This document shows positions 1-7,510 of a DNA stretch of 64,000 nucleotides, one piece after another. Under the pieces are notes generated by a model. That model did no database searches. It was not told where the DNA came from and saw nothing but the letters and a program-made list of their open reading frames with translations. Every line of letters starts with the position of its first letter. The first letter of the stretch is position 1. This DNA is from a virus. The stretch lies in IMG/VR virus record IMGVR_UViG_3300035698_024280; one strand, 5' to 3'. A program made the translations under genes and the position numbers.

Positions 1-1
1 C

Positions 2-649
2 AATAATAGTAATAGCTCTTATACGTGTACATATGCTAACTGGGCAAGGGTTAACGATAAGTTTTCCGGTACTGATTTCTGGTCACCGTTCTCTGGTATT
101 GCTGCGTCGCTTATGACAAAAACTGATACTACTACATACCCTTGGATAGCTCCTGCAGGCTTTACACGCGGTAGAGTATCGGGTGTTAACGATATTGCAA
201 TTACGCCTAACCTCAAACAACGGGACGATTTGTATAAATTCGCAATGAACCCTATTACATTGTTCAGGGAGGGTATAACAGTATTCGGTCAAAAGACTCT
301 ACAGAAGATGCCGAGTGCGTTTGATAGAATTAATGTTCGTCGATTATTCTTATATTTGGAGAAAGTTACTAAGGTAACTTCTAGATATTATGTGTTCGAG
401 CCTAACACGGTATTTACACGTACTAGAATAGTAGATGATCTCAGGCCGTTATTCGAGAAAGCTAAGAACAATGATGGAGTTTATGATTACATCATCGTTT
501 GCGACGAAAGAAATAACACCCCTGATATCATTGATCAAAATGAACTTGTAATTGATATATATCTCAAACCGACGAGAGCGGGAGAGTTTGTATTAATCAA
601 CTTCTACGCTAGTAGAACTAATCAAGACTTCAAAGAGCTAGTTAACTAA
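2..649 (+). CDS. gp18: Tail sheath protein, T4 gp18-like (5' partial; frame open from window start)
   Basis: Motifs YANW..D...G..FW.P.SG, PWIAPAGFTRG, NPI...GITVFGQKTL, FDRINVRRLFL, FEPN...TR, VCDE.NNTP..ID.NEL..DIY.KP are typical of the gp18 C-terminus. The frame is open upstream of the listed ATG at 113. Confidence 0.95.
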   Translation, partial: NNSNSSYTCTYANWARVNDKFSGTDFWSPFSGIAASLMTKTDTTTYPWIAPAGFTRGRVSGVNDIAITPNLKQRDDLYKFAMNPITLFREGITVFGQKTLQKMPSAFDRINVRRLFLYLEKVTKVTSRYYVFEPNTVFTRTRIVDDLRPLFEKAKNNDGVYDYIIVCDERNNTPDIIDQNELVIDIYLKPTRAGEFVLINFYASRTNQDFKELVN

Positions 650-670
650 CTTACCTACGACATACACAGG

Positions 671-699
671 AAAGCTGAGCCGAAAGGCTCAGCTTTTTT
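671..699 (+). terminator. Rho-independent terminator after gp18
   Basis: aaagctgagcc-GAAA-ggctcagcttt perfect stem with a GNRA loop, followed by a T-run. Confidence 0.9.
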
Positions 700-774
700 G
701 GTGTATTTAGCTTAACTACACCATTAGTGTAGTCCCCACCCTGACAGGGATAGCAATAACTACGTTAGACCTAA

Positions 775-1365
775 CTAATTACTTATAATTGTTGCATGAG
801 TTATAAAATCATCAACTGCAGTCTCCAAATATGAATATTTACTATCGGATAGACCCTCAATAGTTACTGTATCTTTATTCTCACTTAACGATATAATATT
901 AACAATATCAAATCCCTCAATAGAAATAACAACTCCGGATTTTGGTACAAATTGCCCAGCTTCGTTTTCATCGCAGTATTTATCGAAGAAATCTGTGAAG
1001 GCGCCTGTAGCTATTCCATCAGACTCTTCATTCTCATTGTTTACTTTATATATATCATCAAACACTTGCTCTAAGACACTACCTCGATCTATAGGAGAAC
1101 CAGGGAGACCAGATTGATTAAACCACTCAACTGCGATCTTTATATTTTCATTGTACATATCAATGACAGTCTGCGTATCAGAATATATCATCGCTTTTTT
1201 GAGCATCTGCTGAATATCATTACCAGCATCGATATATGCATCACCAGGGCTATCAGCATTGGTGACAAATATATCTTCTAATATACTATATATTTCATCA
1301 GCTAGTGAGACCTCATTTGATCTCCCATTAAATGCCTCCCAAATTAAATTAGTTTCGTTGTCCAT
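775..1365 (-). CDS. Acidic hypothetical protein, putative head internal protein (N-terminal MDNETNLIWE tag)
   Basis: 196 aa, very acidic; TAAATA late promoter 5 nt upstream; N-terminus shared with the neighbouring gene. Confidence 0.6.
   Translation of the reverse strand: MDNETNLIWEAFNGRSNEVSLADEIYSILEDIFVTNADSPGDAYIDAGNDIQQMLKKAMIYSDTQTVIDMYNENIKIAVEWFNQSGLPGSPIDRGSVLEQVFDDIYKVNNENEESDGIATGAFTDFFDKYCDENEAGQFVPKSGVVISIEGFDIVNIISLSENKDTVTIEGLSDSKYSYLETAVDDFITHATIISN
1336..1365 (-). repeat. 30-nt exact direct repeat, copy 1 (encodes MDNETNLIWE)
   Basis: ctcccaaattaaattagtttcgttgtccat, identical to 1841-1870. Confidence 0.95.
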
Positions 1366-1396
1366 ATTCGTATTTATTAAAATCTTATTATATTAA

Positions 1397-1870
1397 TTAT
1401 CTGCCGGCTTGAGCATTCCTAAAAGCTGTAATATCTATAATATTTTCATCACCGTTTAATAATACATTAAAAGCTGATTTAATCGCTTCATCAGCTTTAA
1501 ATTGTCCCAGATCACTTATAGATAATACATATGCTACTAATTCACTCGCAATTATCTCATCTTCCTCATAAGATCTCGCACTTTCAAATGTTTCTCCATC
1601 TTCGTTCACAGGTGTGTCTGTATCAACCTGGATGCCCTTTAAAAATTCTAATGTAGCAGGATCAGATAGCTTATAAAATTCTTTACCTTCACCTCGTGGG
1701 AGCAAAACTCTTATCTGATTAGAGTTTGGCTGTATAGATATCCAATATTCTCCTAATTTATGCTTTCCGTCAGAGCGACGCTCCGAATTATCACGAATAA
1801 ACGATATAATATCGTCATGTGGTGCATCTCTATTATATGACTCCCAAATTAAATTAGTTTCGTTGTCCAT
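1397..1870 (-). CDS. Acidic hypothetical protein, putative head internal protein (N-terminal MDNETNLIWE tag)
   Basis: 157 aa; TAAATA 6 nt upstream; same first 10 codons as 775-1365. Confidence 0.6.
   Translation of the reverse strand: MDNETNLIWESYNRDAPHDDIISFIRDNSERRSDGKHKLGEYWISIQPNSNQIRVLLPRGEGKEFYKLSDPATLEFLKGIQVDTDTPVNEDGETFESARSYEEDEIIASELVAYVLSISDLGQFKADEAIKSAFNVLLNGDENIIDITAFRNAQAGR
1841..1870 (-). repeat. 30-nt exact direct repeat, copy 2
   Basis: Identical to 1336-1365. Confidence 0.95.
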
Positions 1871-1922
1871 TTATAGTATTTAATGTATTACTACTAAAAT
1901 TTTAAATATTATCAGATAATAT

Positions 1923-2069
1923 TTAACTTCCGATAGTCATTGGTATTACTACAATCCCAATAAATTTTGACATTATATAGTCTATACTAGTAAGAACTTC
2001 GTGGGATGTAATAATAATTAAAAATATAATAGACACATTTAATAGTATTTTTGGGATTTTGTATTTCAT
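1923..2069 (-). CDS. Small hydrophobic membrane protein, 48 aa (not in ORF track)
   Basis: Hand translation gives MKYKIPKILLNVSIIFLIIITSHEVLTSIDYIMSKFIGIVVIPMTIGS. The ATG lies 2 nt after the stop of 2072-2755 and the ORF fills most of the gap. Confidence 0.55.
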   Translation of the reverse strand: MKYKIPKILLNVSIIFLIIITSHEVLTSIDYIMSKFIGIVVIPMTIGS

Positions 2070-2071
2070 GT

Positions 2072-2755
2072 TTAAAAAAAGTTTCGAATTGCAGTAGCAA
2101 ACGCAGCTAATAGCTCTATAAATCTAGGGCCTAGTATTACTGTACCTAATACCATAAGCAGTATCGCAGTAGATTTAGGCTTTTCTGCTGCTGTTTGAAT
2201 AATACGTGATATAGTATTAGACTTAATTTCTTCGATCTGTCCCTCTATATTTGCAGTAACAGCAGTTATTGTAGCGCTCAATATAGCGATCTGACCCATA
2301 ACGTCTCGGCTCAACTGCTCATATGATTGGGTGATAGTTGAATATTCATCTCTTAGCAACTTAACTTCTACTACAAAAAACTCATATTTTCCCTCAGGGG
2401 GGTATCGACGCACAAAAACTTCTACAAATACTGGGGCAGCTGCTTTCGGTATATAAAACTTGCGGATAGTATACTCATTATAATCTCCCCTTACACAAGC
2501 TGCTGCAGCTTCCATGTCAGCTTTTAATGATTCATCTTTTAATGAAAAATCCTCCCAAGTTACAGGGTTATCTTTCCTAGTAAATTCTGGGAGAGAATAT
2601 CCGATAAACTTTTGAAATATCTCATTAGACCATAATACTGCGCCTCCAATATCAGCTATCAGCCACATAGTTGCAGACTTCTCAATAATCTCTGTTGCAA
2701 GATGAGGGTGATGATTAAAAAATGTTTGTAGATGAACGTTTCCCTCTGAATCCAT
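2072..2755 (-). CDS. PAS-domain protein with coiled coil and C-terminal transmembrane segment
   Basis: PAS S-box pattern IIEKSATMWLIADIGGAVLWSNEIFQKFIGYSLPEF...WEDFS...RGDYNEY...KFYIPK...VFVEVFV; C-terminal hydrophobic TAILLMVLGTVILG. Confidence 0.8.
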   Translation of the reverse strand: MDSEGNVHLQTFFNHHPHLATEIIEKSATMWLIADIGGAVLWSNEIFQKFIGYSLPEFTRKDNPVTWEDFSLKDESLKADMEAAAACVRGDYNEYTIRKFYIPKAAAPVFVEVFVRRYPPEGKYEFFVVEVKLLRDEYSTITQSYEQLSRDVMGQIAILSATITAVTANIEGQIEEIKSNTISRIIQTAAEKPKSTAILLMVLGTVILGPRFIELLAAFATAIRNFF

Positions 2756-2823
2756 AAATATTATTTAATCAATAACAGTGTATTACGGTTGAGGTTGCTA
2801 CTAATAAGAAATATCATTATTTA

Positions 2824-3081
2824 CTATACGTTAGATGAGTTCATTACTTTATGAACTCCAGAACCTCTCCCAGTATTTCTACCGTAGGGGTTATACTTTC
2901 GATGATCAGCGAATTGCTCAGGGGTGACTACTTGCATCTCTCCGGCAGTCTTACCACCATAGCACATAACCCCCCTTACCTTCGGTATACTATCAGCGCA
3001 CATAATGCAATAATTATATCCAGCTTCTATACGAGCGCTGTTTACTATTTGAGAGCAATGGCAACATTTCTTATTATTCAT
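2824..3081 (-). CDS. DksA/TraR-type C4 zinc-finger protein
   Basis: CHCSQIVNSARIEAGYNYCIMC fits the CxxC...I...R.EA...CxxC pattern. Confidence 0.65.
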   Translation of the reverse strand: MNNKKCCHCSQIVNSARIEAGYNYCIMCADSIPKVRGVMCYGGKTAGEMQVVTPEQFADHRKYNPYGRNTGRGSGVHKVMNSSNV

Positions 3082-3085
3082 TATC

Positions 3086-3341
3086 TTAGGATTTAAATAT
3101 ATCAGGAGCTTCAGAAGTATCTGACATCTCTCTTACAGCCTGCTTATATAACTCAATCTGTCTTCGATCTGCGATTTCGTCTGCATCATTATTTTTTTTT
3201 AGTTTCTACTGCCTCTATAAAACATCTTAGGTGAGAAGGTCTTTCGGAATAATTAGCCCAAACAGGATTTCCGCAATAAGTGCACGGGGGGCGTGGGAAT
3301 GCAGAATTAAACCGTATTCTAAAATTCTTTAGTAATTTCAT
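3086..3341 (-). pseudogene. Small Zn-finger (CxxC...HxxC) gene interrupted by one extra A in an A9 tract
   Basis: The frame MKLLKN...PCTYCG...SHLRCF...ETKKK stops just after the A9 run (3192-3200). Removing one A gives an 84-aa ORF ending ...EAPDIFKS at 3086, which fills the gap exactly. Confidence 0.65.
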
Positions 3342-3378
3342 TTATAAAATAATTATACAGTGGTTCCGTATATGTTAG

Positions 3379-4356
3379 TTAATTGTTATTAATATACCAA
3401 CTTACAGTATTTTCAATACTCTTATTAAATTTAGTGACTCTTTTCCATCCTAATTCACGAGAAATTTTATTTGCATTAATTGCATATCTTTTATCGTGAC
3501 CGGGCCTATCTGCAATATACTCAATAATACTCGTGCATGGTTTTGCGGTTTGTAAAGATACCTCAAACATAACTCTATTAGCTATCGATAGATTTGTACA
3601 TTCACATTTACCCCCTATATTATATGTTGACCCAGAAACACCTCCTTCAAGCACTCGGATTAAACCATCGCAGTGATCTGTAACATATAGCCAATCTCTT
3701 ATTTGGAGACCGTTTCCATATAAAGGTAAATTTTTACCAGCAATAGCATTTAATATTAACTTAGGTATTAACTTCTCTCTATGTTGACGGGGCCCGAAAT
3801 TATTTGAGCAATTGGTAACAATTGCATCTATGCCATAAGTTCTTGACCAAGATTTTACTAGATGATCCGCAGCCGCCTTAGTAGCAGCATATGGTGAGGA
3901 TGGTCTATACGGTGATAACTCTGTAAACGGGGATTTATTTAAATCTAAATCCCCATATACTTCATCAGTACTGACGTGAATAAGTCTAACACTCCTACCG
4001 GTAGTTTGCTTTAATTCTCTTATGGATTCTAGTATATTATATGTGCCTATAATATTTGAATCTACAAAAGGTTTAGGTGATGCAATTGAATTATCTACAT
4101 GTGACTCGGCTGCTAGGTGAATGATACTATCAATGCCCTTATCATGTAGCAATTCTCTTAATAGTGGCCTCTCAGATATATCACCGACAATGAGAGAGAC
4201 GTTTGATAGCCTACTACACATATTCTCAGCAAACTTAGAGTTGCTAGCATACCCCATCTTGTCTAAGATAATTATTTCGTAATTAGAGTCTGCTAATATT
4301 TGAACTAATGCAGATCCGATAAAACCGGCGCCGCCCGTTACTAATATTTTTTTCAT
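3379..4356 (-). CDS. rfbB: dTDP-glucose 4,6-dehydratase
   Basis: GGAGFIG, HLAAESHVDNSI, STDEVYGDL, PSSPYAATKAAAD, NCSNNFGPRQH.EKLIP, DRPGHD.RYAI. Confidence 0.95.
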   Translation of the reverse strand: MKKILVTGGAGFIGSALVQILADSNYEIIILDKMGYASNSKFAENMCSRLSNVSLIVGDISERPLLRELLHDKGIDSIIHLAAESHVDNSIASPKPFVDSNIIGTYNILESIRELKQTTGRSVRLIHVSTDEVYGDLDLNKSPFTELSPYRPSSPYAATKAAADHLVKSWSRTYGIDAIVTNCSNNFGPRQHREKLIPKLILNAIAGKNLPLYGNGLQIRDWLYVTDHCDGLIRVLEGGVSGSTYNIGGKCECTNLSIANRVMFEVSLQTAKPCTSIIEYIADRPGHDKRYAINANKISRELGWKRVTKFNKSIENTVSWYINNN

Positions 4357-4622
4357 AGACTATCTGACTCTATTGGTGTGTTTATAGCTATAAAATTTAG
4401 CAGTAGCTCCCTATCAGTTATTCTAATATCCTTATGAGGTACCCTCGCAACTTTATTAGATTTATGATCTTGATAACGCTGCCTATTGATACAGTTAGAT
4501 ACAGACATGGTGATGGCTGTATCGCCATAATTATCCTCACCATTTATATCTAATGTAGGCCACGGCTCGTAGAATTTTAAGAATTTAGAATCTCTTTGAT
4601 CTAATAATGCTTTTATATTCAT
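4353..4622 (-). CDS. Hypothetical protein
   Basis: 89 aa; overlaps both neighbours, suggesting coupled translation. Confidence 0.6.
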   Translation of the reverse strand: MNIKALLDQRDSKFLKFYEPWPTLDINGEDNYGDTAITMSVSNCINRQRYQDHKSNKVARVPHKDIRITDRELLLNFIAINTPIESDSL

Positions 4623-5206
4623 TAAAACTTATGAACTTTTTTATCAGTAGATGGCGAGATTGCCTTAGGTATTTCTATAAATAGTACTCCGTTATTAAGG
4701 GTCATACAAAGATCGTCAAGATTAAACTCGGGAGATACAAAGAAGCTTGAAGTTAATTTCTGTTGCGGTATCTTACTTTTTGCAGTGTGATGTTTTATAT
4801 TAAACGAAGAGCTGCAGTTTCGAGTAGCGGATATATCTAAAATACCTGTAGACTTTGTAGTATTTACATTAATCGATGAGCGGATAACCCCAGGTAGATC
4901 AACACTAATAATGAGGTCTTTACTGTCAGTGTAATATGACCTAGATCTAATAGTAAACGTTTCCTGGGACTTTGGTTTAGAGCCGTCGGTTAGGTCTCCA
5001 TTAAAGTGGTTGGGCTGGGCAGATTGACAATCTTCACCAGGGGGTGATTTACGCTCTCGACGATTCGGACCGGCTGTAGTGGTCACTACAGTCCATAAGC
5101 CGGTATTATGCAGTGATTGACAATCACCAGTGTTTCCTAAGTCGGGGTTAGTAGTGTTGAGCCGTTCAAATTCTTTTAGTATATTTTCGTAGTAATCCGT
5201 ATTCAT
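4622..5206 (-). CDS. hsp20: Small heat-shock protein (Hsp20/alpha-crystallin domain)
   Basis: C-terminal LIISVDLPGV..SSINV...GILDISA.R...SFFV...FNLDDL...LNNGVLFIEIPK. Confidence 0.8.
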   Translation of the reverse strand: MNTDYYENILKEFERLNTTNPDLGNTGDCQSLHNTGLWTVVTTTAGPNRRERKSPPGEDCQSAQPNHFNGDLTDGSKPKSQETFTIRSRSYYTDSKDLIISVDLPGVIRSSINVNTTKSTGILDISATRNCSSSFNIKHHTAKSKIPQQKLTSSFFVSPEFNLDDLCMTLNNGVLFIEIPKAISPSTDKKVHKF

Positions 5207-5265
5207 ATTTGTTGTTTGTTACATCTATATTATGATGAGGTTCCGATCTAAGTCCACTGTAAGTT

Positions 5266-5436
5266 TTAATCTTCTGTAAATTCTTCTAAAATATCTTCGA
5301 GTTGTACTGCACAACTTAATACTGCCGCTTCAATTAGTTCAGTATTCTCCATATCTTCACCCATACCAGTAGGTAGCTCATAATCGAACCACTCCTGAGA
5401 TAACTCCGTCAATTTTTTTATTAGTTCTGTCTGCAT
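5266..5436 (-). CDS. Small acidic hypothetical protein, 56 aa (not in ORF track)
   Basis: MQTELIKKLTELSQEWFDYELPTGMGEDMENTELIEAAVLSCAVQLEDILEEFTED; TAAATA 6 nt upstream. Confidence 0.65.
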   Translation of the reverse strand: MQTELIKKLTELSQEWFDYELPTGMGEDMENTELIEAAVLSCAVQLEDILEEFTED

Positions 5437-5501
5437 AAGTGGTATTTAGCCGATTTAGGTTAATTGTCTGCGGTTTTTTAATAAAAACGGAGGTATAAAC
5501 C

Positions 5502-5507
5502 TAAATA
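5502..5507 (+). promoter_or_regulatory. T4-type late promoter core TAAATA (representative of more than 25 sites)
   Basis: TAAATA 5 nt before the ATG at 5513; the same 5-6 nt spacing recurs before most structural genes. Confidence 0.8.
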
Positions 5508-5512
5508 TAGAT

Positions 5513-6034
5513 ATGCAAGACATAACTTCATTTTTCGAGCGGGCAGTTGCTAGAGAGTTCTCCCGTGACTTTCTATTTCGAGTGATCGGTATTAACATTC
5601 CTGGGTTTTCTCTTTCTGAAGATGATTTAGTTTATGCAAAATCTGGCTCCATCCCAAATAGGACGATTGAAAATGTTACTGCGCCTTATCAGGGGCTAGA
5701 TTTTAATGTTGCAGGTCGAGCAGTATATGAAAATTCTGCATCCTATCAAATTGACTTTTATTGTGATGCAAACTCAGATATTCATTCTAAGATGATAGCA
5801 GAAACAGAGAGAGTTTTTGGTAATGATGGTCGCGGCGATTATAATATTGGTGGGCCAGATTCTATTATATCATTAGCTCAAGTTGATAAGAACCTTGCCC
5901 CTGTAAAGACATATAAGCTAATAGGTGCAGCAATTAGAAGTACCGGAGCATTAGATTATACTATGGCGGCAGGTACTGGTCAAATTGTAAGCTTTAGTTC
6001 TACATTTGCATACCATTATTACACTAGTGAGTAG
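5513..6034 (+). CDS. gp19: Tail tube protein, gp19-like
   Basis: FSRDFLFRV, K..SIP.RTI..V..PY.G..FNVAGRAVY, YKLIGA.I...G.L.Y, F..TFAYHY; size matches gp19. Confidence 0.8.
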   Translation: MQDITSFFERAVAREFSRDFLFRVIGINIPGFSLSEDDLVYAKSGSIPNRTIENVTAPYQGLDFNVAGRAVYENSASYQIDFYCDANSDIHSKMIAETERVFGNDGRGDYNIGGPDSIISLAQVDKNLAPVKTYKLIGAAIRSTGALDYTMAAGTGQIVSFSSTFAYHYYTSE

Positions 6035-6062
6035 ATAATAAAAAAATGACATAAATAGATTT

Positions 6063-6635
6063 ATGTCTACTCGCAGTTTCCTGGAAAATCTCGGCAATCC
6101 GAGGACCAACATACCTCTACACACGTCGTGGGAGGTGGAGTTTACACTCCCTGGTAGGTTGAGTGAAGTAAGCGAGCTAGAGAGTGTGTCCTGGGGCAAT
6201 GTGGATAATATACCTGGAGGTAGTGTGAAGCTATTAGCAGCTTCATTAACCCACGCTAATGATAACTATAATGCTGGCAAAGCAACAATTTTAAACAACG
6301 GTGGGTTGCTACCCGGGGTAATTAACTCTGGCAGATCATCTACTGACAGTAGACCTTTAGTTATTCAATTCATAGAGACTGAAGAGTCATTTGCAGACTT
6401 AGCTCTTAGAGCGTGGGTAATAGTATCAGCTCATTATGGTCGTATTGCAGATGCAAATGATCTAAAAAAGACCATAACTGCAACGCATTTAGGTAGAGAT
6501 GGATCACCGCGAAAGACGTTTAAATATTATAATGCATCCCCAACAGCTGTAGAGAGTGTATCATATACGTACGATTCTTCAAAAGTAGACCTAATAGGTA
6601 CTTCCTGGGTGTATGATAATTATAGCGTATCTTAA
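6063..6635 (+). CDS. Second tail-tube-fold protein (gp19/gp54-like)
   Basis: L.IQFIETE.SF.D..LRAW, KTFKYYNASP..V.S..Y.YD, SWVYDNY resemble the tube fold; position in the tail module. Confidence 0.6.
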   Translation: MSTRSFLENLGNPRTNIPLHTSWEVEFTLPGRLSEVSELESVSWGNVDNIPGGSVKLLAASLTHANDNYNAGKATILNNGGLLPGVINSGRSSTDSRPLVIQFIETEESFADLALRAWVIVSAHYGRIADANDLKKTITATHLGRDGSPRKTFKYYNASPTAVESVSYTYDSSKVDLIGTSWVYDNYSVS

Positions 6636-7483
6636 TGGAGTATTATACAACAATTAAAGCGCCGCAAACGAGGCGAGATGTTAAAGTAAAGCCTATTAGT
6701 AATTATATATTTTATATGATTTGCAAATTTATTGGCGATAATGATGATAATGATTCAATTTGTAAGTTTTTAGATGAAACGCTCCTGAACCTAGTTATTA
6801 ATGAGGAGGTCATACCGGAATTAACAAAAATAGATAAATTTTTTATATGGTTATCTCTATATGAAAAATATGTAGATAAATCAATATCTCTAATAGGTAA
6901 GGATGTTAATGGCAATAATCAGACTATAGGTGTCTTTTTATACACTATATTAAATAATTGTAAGCAACTACCTTTAGATATTTTAAATATAATTGAATAT
7001 CATGATATTAAAATTACTCTAACAGCTCCGGTTAATATGTTTCATAGTACAGTTGCTGATGCATATATTAGTATGATATATACTATAGAGTCTGACATAG
7101 GTGAGGTTTTATATTTTGCTAATTTTACAGATGAAGAAAAAACTAAGTTCCTAGAATCTTTAGACTTTGACCTGGTCGATATATGTAATAATATTGCAGT
7201 TGAAGATACTAATACCTTAACACTTCTCCCATCTGCGGCGGAAGGTTCACAGGTATCTTATGATAAGATTGAGTCTGGTATTTTTGATAACAATTTATTC
7301 TTTCTTTTAAAATCTCTATTTTCTGTTGATGAAGATGCTTTTTGTGAGAATGTATATATTTTCAGTAAGGTTATAGGTGGGAGCTACGATCAATTTTGTA
7401 AAATAACCCCCCGAGAATTTAATAAAATTATAAGCATTCATAAAAAGTTTGAAGAGACTAATAAGAATGGAGTTGATTCTTAG
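6635..7483 (+). CDS. Baseplate hub assembly protein, gp26/gp51-like
   Basis: ELTKIDKFFIWLSL (gp26-like) plus a C-terminal SY.QF..ITPREF segment (gp51-like). Confidence 0.55.
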   Translation: MEYYTTIKAPQTRRDVKVKPISNYIFYMICKFIGDNDDNDSICKFLDETLLNLVINEEVIPELTKIDKFFIWLSLYEKYVDKSISLIGKDVNGNNQTIGVFLYTILNNCKQLPLDILNIIEYHDIKITLTAPVNMFHSTVADAYISMIYTIESDIGEVLYFANFTDEEKTKFLESLDFDLVDICNNIAVEDTNTLTLLPSAAEGSQVSYDKIESGIFDNNLFFLLKSLFSVDEDAFCENVYIFSKVIGGSYDQFCKITPREFNKIISIHKKFEETNKNGVDS

Positions 7484-7510
7484 AGATACAACTATAATTA
7501 ATATATATAT

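Noticed and set aside
701-775. Hairpins (actacac-catta-gtgtagt; ccctg-a-caggg) with a TAATGGT resembling a tRNA D-loop
   Set aside because: No T-arm (GTTCRA) and no cloverleaf; too little support for an ncRNA.
1336-1870. 30-nt exact repeat as a CRISPR or att site
   Set aside because: Only two copies, 505 nt apart, both in frame at gene starts; no cas genes or integrase.
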